Below are positions 28,201 to 38,759 of a stretch of 64,000 nucleotides of DNA, piece by piece. The notes under the pieces were generated by a model. The model was not told the DNA's origin. It saw nothing but the letters and a program-made list of their open reading frames with translations, and searched no databases. This DNA comes from Phyllosticta citribraziliensis (Eukaryota): contig NW_027117341.1 of the NCBI RefSeq assembly GCF_038025025.1, positions 868,001-932,000 on the forward strand, read 5' to 3'. The position numbers were made by a program, and so were the translations under genes. Position 1 is the first letter of the stretch. Every line of letters starts with the position of its first letter.

Positions 28201-28288
28201 TCTGAAGCAACTGCAGAACAGTCTGCGGGTCATCCGAATTTCCCCATGGCGAAATGGAGTAGAGGGCCTTGGCCAGACTGGTGAACAT
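25266..28288 (-). CDS. NRPS-like enzyme, A-T-TE architecture (alpha-keto acid dimerising synthetase family), ~970 aa
   Basis: Exons 28288-28097, 28043-27530 and 27472-25266 join in frame. A domain: LFTSGSTGYAKAV, SFDHSA, GGEAN, YGLSETC, DGWFDTGD, GRSKEIIIING, PKSTIGKLSR. T domain: DLGIESL (PPant Ser codon at 26280-26282). TE domain: YDPIVPL...HPGGGE, QPEGPYAFLGLCFGG, GTHFT. No condensation domain. Confidence 0.95.
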
Positions 28289-29730
28289 TGTGAATTGACC
28301 CCTCTGCAAGAACAGGGACAGCTCAGGGCAGAAGTTGAATCGGGGACGGACGCCTATACGAGAAACTGGTAATGCGAAGATTGGATTCCACCGCTGAACA
28401 TCCAATGCCAACGGCAGCTCTCTCGAGTGCACCCAGGATCCAACAAGGTTCTCGTTTATATTCGCCCATTTCTGTCCCTGTGATATACCGCCATATCCGT
28501 TATCGAGCATTCCATTTCGCATCGTCTTGGCCACAAAACAATGGCAGACTGAGCAGACCATCCGTCATGTTTGTCGTTCTTGCAATCCATGCCGAAAGGG
28601 GTAGTGCGTGCCCATCCGATGTGAATTTGGCAACTCTAGCCCGTGCCTTGATGAATGCATTCCTCGCGAAAGCGCACCCGTAGACCCTGTTGTTAGTGGA
28701 GGGGTAATTTCATCGTCCCTGTTGAGATTCAGCCTCGCGGACGCATGCAAGGGCGAGGACTCGTCGCGCTCGGCAGTGCTGGAATAGCTGTGACAAGCCG
28801 TATCGCGCAATCTGCTAGACCCTTGGATGGGGTGAATTGCCATTTGGACGGTAATAATGCCAATAGCGAATTGTGCCGAGCTTATTGTGTCCTCAATTAA
28901 AGACCTCTGAAGCGCAATCATGAGGGGACAGCGGGATCGCTGAACCAGGAGACTGGTACGGCAGCGGCGCGGGAACTTACGAACTCTTCCCCAAATTTGC
29001 TAGGACGTTTTCAGTTAGCCTTGGCATTGCGTTGATGTGCTCCTCTGGCAACTGTCAATTCGTTCCGCAAGCGGGTCGTAGGCGTCAAAATGCTCAACAA
29101 TTGAGTATTTGCAGTTGAAGGCTAGATTGATGAAGCGAATCGCTCCGTCAATATGCCTCAATGACAGGCACTGCCATCGTCAAAGTCGTCGAAGGTTTGA
29201 GAACGAACCTTCCAAAAGTCCAGCTGGCGAGTCAGCATTGGTGTTGAGCAAGGAATGTGTTTGGAAAGCAGCAGTATTTGCTTCCAGTCTATCGACTGAT
29301 TGATGCTCTTTGTTATCACATTGTTCCATGAAAAGAAACGATAAGAGCTAGAAGCCGAGAGTAAAGAAGAACCGAGAAGATGAACCGCAACTGCAAGGAA
29401 AGTGTGCCGATAAAGCCATACTTTTGGGTGTATGCAGGTCCATGCCACATCATCATTCATGCATTCAGTCATGTCGTCTTGAAGCCTCGCACCGTCCTTG
29501 CTGTGAGTCCTTCCTGGATCTGGCATTTCCTTTTTATTGTTCAAGTCCAAAACCACTCCCGCATCAAACCTCTCCGTCGAGGCTTTCGGCGAGGGTTGGA
29601 CATGTTTCGTAGAGACCAGCTCTTAGGCTTTCTTCCTCTTTTACTTTCCCTCTGGACTGCAAGATCCGTGCTCTTCATCCGAATGAAACTCAGAGCGCAT
29701 GCAATGCTCATGAGAATCAACGATCTCTCC

Positions 29731-31196
29731 TCATTGACCCCCACGGTTGGTCTCATCTTTTCTCTCCACCTTGCCGACTCCCCTCAGGCTCAGGTAGACG
29801 TCTGTGCCCCAGCCCCACAGACTCTGCACCGCGATACCTCCTCCAAAGTACTCGGCATAGGCCCTTCCTAACGGTAGCCCATATCCGAGTCCTGCAATGC
29901 TGGATCCTCCACCGCTGCCGCTCAAAACATCCAAGCCGCCTCCCGCACCTAATGAGGCACCACCGTGGTAAAGGTCTGGCTCTTCGGCTTCCTCTTCATT
30001 GAATGTCGTGAAGCTGTACTCCCATATCCTGGCGTAATTCCTTGGTGCAATGCCCCCGCCACGATCTCGAATGCGGATGGTCACGCCGGGGGTACTCTCA
30101 GCCAAAGGTCGTATGGTTGCCGCGGCAGCACGCACGGCTGGGGAGTGTGTCTCCTTCTCCAACATCGCATCGGTTTTGCTTGCCCTGTCCAAGTTTCCCT
30201 GTTCCAAATTTGTGATGCCATCGCTGCTGTTCGGCGGCGGAGCTTCTGGGAGTGGCGCAATGGTCACTTCGACCGGCTCGCGCTCCATCCCTCGCTCGAC
30301 TGTTGCGCGGAACGCATTCTTGAGAAGCTCGGTTATAATGTATTCGAGATGCATCGGGATGTGGGCAAAGGTGTAATCGGGCTCTCCGTTGATGACGAGC
30401 GAGGGGCGGACACCGTATTTGAGTTCGCAAAGTTCAGCAACCATGTCCTCACATTGACGGATAACATCCGCTGGGCGCAGGCAGGTGTCGATGACGCCAA
30501 TGAAGGACGACTTTTGCGGCTCCGGCTCGGGGCAAAGCTCCTTGTGAGGTTGCGACGACATGTGTAGCGCAATGTGCTGTTCCGCGATGAGGCGGGTGCC
30601 GATGCGAGCGCGTAGATGCTCATCCAGAAATTTTGTGACCTCCGGAGGGGTAATGTACCGTCTTGCTTCCAAGAATCCCCTAGCCAGTGTACCGATTGTG
30701 TTTGCATGAGTGTGTACAAGATCGGCCATAACCTCTGTAAACTCCAGTTCCTCCTCGAGCGTCGTAATCTTCCTCTTTGCCCATGGCAATAATGTGGACA
30801 AGGAATGAAGGTAGTTTCCGTGGATTTTGGAGACGTGAGGATTCGAGACGACAATGTAAGGCAGATTTCTCATGGATTGAATGCGGTGGGCAAGTCTGGC
30901 GGGCAGGAGGGAGAGGGTAAAGTTGGCAGAGTCGTATAGTTGCTCCGCGGCGAGAGGTGGGCTTCCATGCCTAGAAATTCTCGTCAGCCAACTCGACAAG
31001 GAGGAGGTGCTCTTCCAAAGTCAAACCTGACAAGGTCGGTCAAAGTCAAGGGATGCAAAGGACTGGCAGCAAGCTGCGCAATGTCGTCGTCGGTGACGGT
31101 CTTGGTTTGTAGGTGGGCGCGTCTTGAGGATTGGACAGTCACGGGATGTCGAAGTGCCGTGGCAGACCTGCCGTGCCTAGAGATAACCCGAAGCAT
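29731..31196 (-). CDS. Mitochondrial alpha-ketoacid dehydrogenase kinase (BCKDK/PDK family), ~469 aa
   Basis: Exons 31196-31027 and 30970-29731. Presequence-like N-terminus. Kinase motifs: LPARLAHRIQSMRNLPY, RIGTRLIAEQH, YIITELLKNAFRAT (N box), IRIRDRGGGI (G1), IAGLGYGLPLGRAYAEYFGG (G2), GWGTDVYL. Confidence 0.93.
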
Positions 31197-32695
31197 GGTC
31201 GGCTGGGAGGAGAGGGGCGCGGTTGGTTCATGAATGGACTGAACAGAGTTCCGGTTGGAGCAGGAGGGTTGACGACCGAGTCGGGGTACACGGCATCACG
31301 TGTCAATCGCGATAAACGCTGCGCACGGTTCAAGTGCTAAAATGGGCCATGACGTATGGTGATGTTGCAGTTCGGTTTGTCGTCGATCCCGGTCGTCAAC
31401 CTCACTTGCACCCTTCGCCATTGTAGCCTTTGAGGATACGGCTGCAATCAGCGCTGGTCCTGGTGGTTCCTGGGGCTCAATTTAAAGCTTCGTCTGGTAT
31501 TCTTAATCGTCCCAGAGGACTGCATCTGCAGGTATTCCTTACACGTTACCGTCACGCTCCGATGGTCTGATCTTTCGCCAGCCTCGCGAAACCGAGGCAA
31601 AAGACCTGTTCAAAGTCCATTTTGCGTCAGGGTCGTTCTATCAGCTGATTCTGCAGTGGAACACACATCAGAGGCCACCTTTAGCCTAACTCGATCGTCG
31701 ACTATGTGAAGATTATCTGAGGAAGGTCAAGCAAAGTCCAACAGCGGTCGTCCAATGGTCTCTGTTCGAGATGAACGCCAAATCATTCTGGATCCGGTAT
31801 GAAACAGCAAGTGTGGACAGGCTCCGTATTCTTCGAGGTCTTCTCGGCTTCTTTGGATATTCTGGAAGACGGATCGCCGGGACAGCATTTCCGAACGTTT
31901 TGTAGGTGCTCTTGCTACCACCAATCTTCCACGTCGACAATCATTTAAATGGCGCCAGGCACTAAAAAGGTCCGCACACTGCAAACGCAGGCTGGAACCC
32001 GAGTGGAGCCGAGAAGAAGATAGAAACATGTTTGACTGCCGTGCGGCTCCAGGCTCTGTAGGTTGCCAGTTCCAGCATGTGCGGGAAGCGGCATGCGTCT
32101 TGCACTGCTCGTTTGCCTCTTTTCTTCGTCTTGCCCACAATACACTGGAGCCAATGGCCGACGAGAGTGGAGGTCCTAGAAGTTGTAGGAGATTCGCACA
32201 CCCACGACATATGGCTCGGCCATGGTAGTGTCGTATGCTGGGTCAGCAACCAAGTCCTGTGCATCGTCTTGCTGAAGATGTCCCATTTGTTGCAAACCGA
32301 AGCCGTGGGCCAGTTTCTGCAACCTGAAAGGACTGGGTACACGCACGAAGGATGAAGTATTGTTGCGCCCAAACACGAAAGACAGGCTGGACAGAGCCAG
32401 ATTGACCAAACAGCAAACATGGATGGCGCAGGCGCAAGTGTGCAGTGAAGTGAAGCCGCGCGCCTGCACTAAGCCCGATTGAGGATTCTGGCTGCCAACT
32501 CGACCATGAACCTACGAACACCTATTTAACAACCTTCCGTCTCCACTACCACTCAAGCAGCCCGTCGAATCACCCTTCTCTGCCCTGACCTCTGGGTAGG
32601 CTTGAAACTTGCTCCACCTTCTTGCGCTCTCGCGCTTACACAACCACAGCTCAACCCTGGGTTTTGACGTGCCTCTTGAGCTCAACGCGCTCAAA

Positions 32696-34648
32696 ATGTC
32701 GGCAGCCGGGCCACCTCAGGATGGGCTCATTGCCCCTACCGCTTGCCCATGTGCAAACAACCATGACGCTGCCAACGCCTGCACCAAGGCTGGAACCAAG
32801 GCTTGCGCTCACTGCTTTCTCGTTTTGGTAAGTTCACGCAGATCTTCCAAGTGCATTGGATGTTGACTTTGCTCCGAATAGTACTGCAGCCACGAATGTC
32901 AGGTGGCACACTGGCGACAACACAAGACAACCTGCAAGTCTCAATCCATGAAAGCGACATGGATTCCAGACCCGGAACCCCAGGAGCCTGTGGGACCTTG
33001 CATGTTCGGCAATCCGTTGGATGTCTTGCGCCAGATGAAGCACCTGTGGGGCAACATACCTGCCATAGACGTGCTCAAGCTCGAGCAAAATGAGGGCCCG
33101 TCCTATGGCAAGGACATTGGCCTTCTCTTCGCCGGTAAGCGTTTCCAATCATCAATGTGCTTGGCAACCTTCTAACTCAATGTCTCAGCGTCTGGTGACT
33201 TGCGCAACGTCATCAAGTCCTTCGAAGGCATCCAGGCCAGCTCACCTCAGTCTTTTACCGCCGTGGTGAACGACCGAGAGTTCCACGTTGTTGCCCGCAA
33301 CACCATACTCCTACTGACCGCCATGTATGTTGATTCGGCATCCGCCGCGGCGGAAGCGATGCTGCACATCTGGTACTCGGCACTCATCCCTTCGTCGGTG
33401 CTCCACCATCTCCGCGCTACCGTTCTTCCTCACATCCGTGCTGTGTGCCAAAAGATTGCCGGCAAACCGGCGGGCAACCTGTTCTCCAAGACATTTACAA
33501 ACAATGCATGCTCGTTGCGCATGGTCCTTGAGAAACGCTTCTGGGACGCGCTTCCGGGTTATTTGGAGCCACTTGACGGCCTGACGGCGGATCAGGCACA
33601 GCGGGTGCGCCTTAAGGCCATGAGGACCAGTGGAATGGTGTATCAAAAAGATTCAAAGATACTGTGCTGCCAGCTACCCGGATGGCGTACCGCCAGGATC
33701 GAGTTTCGCAAGGATGGTGTGGTTGCACCGTTCGGTGCGTCGAAGGCCGAATTCAACGTTCCCAATCCGTAAGATATCGCCCAGCGCAAAGGGTGTGCGA
33801 GTCTCAGGCGGCCTTGTATTGACAATTCATGCAGAACTCTTTTCCGAGAGCAGGACGAATGGTCAATGCCGCCGATCATGGGTGACCCGATAGATGGATG
33901 GTCTCTCCGAGACATCTTGAAAAAACCGCTGGCGAAGAACGACATCTATGGCGGCATGTTCTTCTACGTCCAAGACCTGCTCAAAAGATTTTGCACCAAG
34001 ATTCAAGCGCTAAAGATCGACTTTGTGTTGCTCCACAACGAGGCGAATGATTTGCCCAAGACTCTGGCCAACGACCCGAAGTCACCGCAACATTTCGATC
34101 GAATTGAGGTTTGATATATCCGTTTCCAGGAAGCTAGCAGAAGCTTACTGTTGTAGACATCGAACCTCATCGACCCAATGAATTTGGGATGTCTCGGACT
34201 GGGTTGCTTGAAGACTTTCGCCCCCCTGCTCCGGCCGGTAGCGGAGAATCCCCATGCCACGTTGGTTACTTTCTTCCAACTTTCGCTCGTTACAGTCATG
34301 TTCCCAGGAATGATGGAAGGCCGTGCCCGCCGGTCTGAGCGCGCAGCCGCGTACTTTCCTCCCGGCAGTAGTATGCTGAACGATGGATGCTGCGCGGATT
34401 GTGTGCGGCGCAACGAGTCCTTTGGTCTGTTTGAAGACTTTGACAAGGTTTTCAAGCATTTTAAAAGCCAATCCCGCCTCGACGCTTTCGCTAAGAGAGC
34501 TGGACTTCGTTCCAAGCGCAAGCACACTATCATCGAGCCTTGGGCCCTCCGCTTGCCTGAAAACGCAACTCAGGCTGAGTTCGATGTTGTACTTGCATCG
34601 CCCTACAACGGAGAGCAGAGATACGTGGAGTGGCAGAAAGTGACCTGA
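32696..34648 (+). CDS. zf-MYND + DUF4470 domain protein, ~576 aa
   Basis: Exons 32696-32827, 32882-33134, 33189-33768, 33835-34108 and 34157-34648 join in frame. MYND: CAHCFLVLYCSHECQVAHWRQHKTTC. DUF4470: LWGNIPAIDVL...LLFAASGDLRNVIKS...VNDREFHVVARNTILLL. Later motif FDRIETSNLID. Confidence 0.85.
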
Positions 34649-34886
34649 GTGGGTGGGGTCTTGCAATCTGGAGCCGAAAGACTCTACTCGCGTTGCCTCC
34701 TGCACCTGACTCCTCCCAGATATCACCACTACCACGACGTTCACCAACAACCCTTACCTTTCTACTTGACGATCGCTACATCGAAGTAGAATAAGGTTTT
34801 CGAAGAAAGGCTTTGCTTTCCTCCTTGTCAACGGCTATCAAATGACGAGTCTCTTCCTGGGGCTGGTGCTCCACATTCAGGCATGG

Positions 34887-35047
34887 CCATCTGCATGACT
34901 GCTTCCGACTGACTGATTTGTATCAAATCGCGGTGGAGCCATTACAGTCCATCTGCAGGACTGCTTCCGGCAAGACACCCTCTTCCGACTGACTGATTTG
35001 TATCAAATCGTGATGGAGCCTTTACAGTCCACCTGCAGGACTGCTTC
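34887..35047. repeat. Tandem direct repeat with an 80-bp period (two ~66-bp copies plus a partial copy)
   Basis: CTTCCGACTGACTGATTTGTATCAAATCG..TGGAGCC.TTACAGTCCA.CTGCAGGACTGCTTC occurs at 34902-34967 and 34982-35047 with 4 mismatches. A partial copy lies at 34887-34905. Confidence 0.9.
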
Positions 35048-35145
35048 GACCTTTTCTCCAGGCTGCTTGCTTTCGTTGTAACGAGTCAAGGTCCCTGCAT
35101 ACCACTCACTGCGACTTTCTACTCCAGGTCTTCCCCGAGGTTCGC

Positions 35146-35357
35146 TCTTCAACAATTGCTTTGCTCCGAAGCGAAGTATAAGCTCTGCATCCTACTTGCA
35201 GTCTCGCTTCCGCCTCTTTATCAGTCTGCTTTTTTCGTGCTGCTTTCTGGTTTTCACAACGATGAGTCTCTTTTCAACAATCACTTTGCTTCAAAGCGAG
35301 GTATAATATCTGCATCTTACTTGCAGAATCACCTCCATCTTCCATCAGCCTGCTTTC
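35146..35357. repeat. Degenerate direct repeat with a ~125-bp period (two ~88-bp copies)
   Basis: TTCAACAAT..CTTTGCT.C.AAGCGA.GTATAA..TCTGCATC.TACTTGCAG...ATCAG.CTGCTTT occurs at about 35148-35233 and about 35273-35357. Confidence 0.8.
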
Positions 35358-36675
35358 TTTCACTTCCTTTCCTTGCTTTCATCCTGGCAAAACGACGAGC
35401 GGGCACAAAAGGCATCGACTACAATGATGTTGTTCCCCCCAAATAGCAAATCATAAACTTCAAATCCCCCCTTCTCCCCTCACCGTTGGTGCTGCGTTCA
35501 AGCTCGGAGAGCACTGCGCTGCCCGGGTCGTTGCAACAATCCGATCAAAGTGCAAGCAAGCTGACCAGTGCCACCTCGCAGTTCAATCCGCCCTCGATGA
35601 AGACACCAACACGTTCACTTGCTGTTCACCATGCTGTTTACTGCTCAACCCACCTCTCCTCGCTGCTCCAGTATCCATCCCATGCCTTCGCACTCTTCCC
35701 CACTCCAAATGTCATCCAGCACACCACCACAAATCATCCTCCGCCTCCACCTCCCCTCCCAACACCCTTCACCAAATACAGCATCCGTACGTCACCAGCC
35801 CCATCCACAACACCCTCGCAACAGGGCATCCATCTACCCACCATGCCCCACCTTGCGACAGCAGGGCCACCGAAGCCCCAAAAATTAGGCTCGCCGGCCC
35901 GTCCGCCCTCTGCCGGCGCATCCATGCCGCAAACGCCGACGCGGGTGCGGGTGCGGCAGCGGCAACGTGATCAGCAAGCAATCGTGCAGCGCATGCATGC
36001 AGCGACGGCAGGGTGAGCTAAGAACGGACCTGCGGTGGCCGCATGTGTGTGTGTCTGTGCTTCTTGTGTGTAGGGGAGTGCTGGTGGTGGTGGTGGTGGT
36101 GGGCCTGAGTGCCTCAGGAGCGATGGATTGTTGGTGGTTGGTCCAGTGAGTTGCTTTGCGTCCATGGAAACGATGGGCAAATGTTGGAAAGAGGAAAGAT
36201 GGGATGATGATAAAAGGGAAGAAGAGTAGTGAAAGGAGTAAATGATGCTGAACCGAAAGGTGTCGAACTGGGAAACATGTCCATTCCTGGATCGTCTCAC
36301 ACGGTGCTAACAGCAACATCACGACATCTCCAAAGCGCCGCGGCGCAAATCGCGAGATGAGAAAAAAGCATATACCTACCGTATTGCTATACAGATCCCT
36401 TCACGCATCCGCCTCATCCATCATCCACCCACCCACCAACCAACCAGCCAACCGTTCATCTCCACCATCACTCTCAACGCCATCCCCAATCCCATCCCCA
36501 TTCCCCGCCTCAATCGGAGACGCCCGCTGCTGCATCGTCACCGCAGCCCGCAGCCGCAGCACCTCTCGACCCAGTCTATACTCGTAGCGCACGGGAATAA
36601 CACTGCATCCATTATACCCATTGCATCCCCTTACACACGCCCTCCCAGTCGACTAAACAAGTTATGTTTCAGCAC

Positions 36676-38014
36676 GCGGCGCGGCGGCGGCGGCGGCGGC
36701 GACAGCGGCTCGACAAGCATGCATGCGTGCGCGCAGCTGAGGAATTAACGTTCGTTCAATCTCTGACGCGCGAGCTCGTGAAAGGCGCACGCGCGCAGAC
36801 AAGCCAACGTGCGGAGGAGAGGGGAATGGAGCGAGCAAAGCAGTTGCAAGCAGAGCACAGGTAGTTGCGGCGACAATCACTCTCCACAAAACCCGAACGA
36901 GGCTTCCGCAGAGTTCTCGAAGATTACTGTACGGAGAACAACACCGACACTACGCAGCCAGACGGACGACAGCGAGAGAGAGATAGACTTCAGCCAACGC
37001 GTGTTGAGTAAGCTCGCGAAGCGAGGCGAGGCGAGGCGAGGCGAGACGAGACGACACGGCCGAGGTGCGAGTGGCAACGACCTACCTTACCTGCCTATCT
37101 GCCTGTCTGCCTGTCTGCCTGCTGTCGGATGGCTTGGGAAACATGGTTCGGTAGCTGTCGCGCGCGGCTTGCCGACTGACTCGTTTGGCTGGGCCGATGG
37201 ATGGAGGTTTGCAGGTACAGCGCGCTGGGATGATGGCAGCGCGGCTGCTGTGGGGATGATGCTGTAAGTGATGGCGATTGAAAGGGGAGTTTTTTTTTTT
37301 TTTTTTTCGCAAAGGCGTGCAATTAGAGACAGCATTTTGCTATCACGTTGGTGAGGAAGTAGTGCGCTGTGATGGATGTCAGTGTGCGGCACGTACAGTG
37401 CACATGTACCTGGTCTGAAAGTGTGTTCCGCTCCAACTTTCGTGCTAGGTAGGCGTGCGAGAAGGGCGGAGATAGTGCTGGGACGTGGTGAACAGACCAA
37501 CAGCTAGAAAAAGGCAATGCCTGCCATTCGACGCCCTGGAATAGGAAAGTGATTGACCATCTGGGAGAGCGCAGGTTCCTGAAATGGTCTTGGCCTGGTC
37601 TGGCCTGGCCTAACCGAGCGGCCTTCCCTCCACTGACATGTGGATAAGATTCAGCGTCAATGACGATGCTGATGACGATGACGTTGACTCTGGATTGCCT
37701 GGAATGAATGCTGTGTTGCACTGAATGCTGTGAATTTTGTCATGATTGGTATCCTCTATGCCCGTATCAACAGCCAAAAATGTTTTCATCCAACTCTTCG
37801 CCACGGACGGCTTCGCATTTCAGCGAGCCCCTCCGATAAAAGATCATGTACACAAAAAGTCCTGGAACAGACGCCGGACACGCCGCGGGTGGAGGAGCCG
37901 TGGGGGCATGGCGGAGACAAGTCCAATCAGTCGTCAGCCAATGCCGCTCAGCTCAGCCACGAAACCCTGACCTGGCAGCCGTCGGTACCTGGCTAGCAGC
38001 TAGCTAGCTAGCTA
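36676..38014. repeat. Cluster of microsatellites in intergenic DNA
   Basis: (GGC)n at about 36680-36700, (GAGGC)n at about 37020-37045, a T-run at 37290-37307, (CTAG)n at about 37993-38014. Confidence 0.8.
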
Positions 38015-38759
38015 GCAGCAGGTTCTGGCCGCCGCCGCCCATGCAGCCGCCGGCACAGGAAAACCTAAAAATTCGAACATCAACGATCCCAGACCCAGGC
38101 CCTCGCCGACCAAGGCGCAAAGGCCCAACCCAAACCCCATTTGTCCTCCCAACGTTAACCACACCCCAAAACAAAAAATCAAACTTTGCTGCTGAATCAG
38201 GCCAACTGAAACCCAAACCAACCAACCGTGGTGACCGTGCGTTTGAGCATGCATGCAGCCAAAGCATGCGGAAAGAGAGTAACGAGACGTCAAGCCACGA
38301 GAGGAAAAAGTAACCATACCATGCGCCGAAGAGAACACGTGCTGCACGTAAAGATCTTGAAAAAAAGGCCAACCACGAGGCCAAATTGGAGAACGCAAAA
38401 GGAAATAGAAGAAGAAGGGGGATATCTCAACCTAAAACATTACAGATTCATGCGGGTCAGTTTTGATACAGCTGTTGTACAGGGCAAGGCGAGTGCGCAT
38501 GCCAATTTTTTCCGCGGCTGAATGAAACAAAACCTTTTGGTACCTGGTTAGTGGAAACATACGAAAGTGGCCCTCAGAAGCTGAATGGCTGGTTAAAAAG
38601 TGACGGCTTGGAGGCCCGTGTGTTTGAAAGTATTCACAGTGAAACTTGAAAGGCTTCTGGAAGAAAGCCCAACAGAAATGTCGACAGCCGTCTTGAACTC
38701 CGCATATTGAGGTTGAATCGCCCCGACCAAGTGCACTCCAATTGAATGTGAACAGGCGG

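Noticed and set aside
34887..35357. Repeat-spacer-like pattern as a CRISPR array
   Set aside because: Only two long copies of each repeat, no series of unique spacers, no cas genes, and a eukaryotic context.
35486..36016. 176-aa Pro/His-rich ORF
   Set aside because: Non-ATG start, low complexity, and overlapping equally long ORFs on both strands; typical of microsatellite-rich intergenic DNA.
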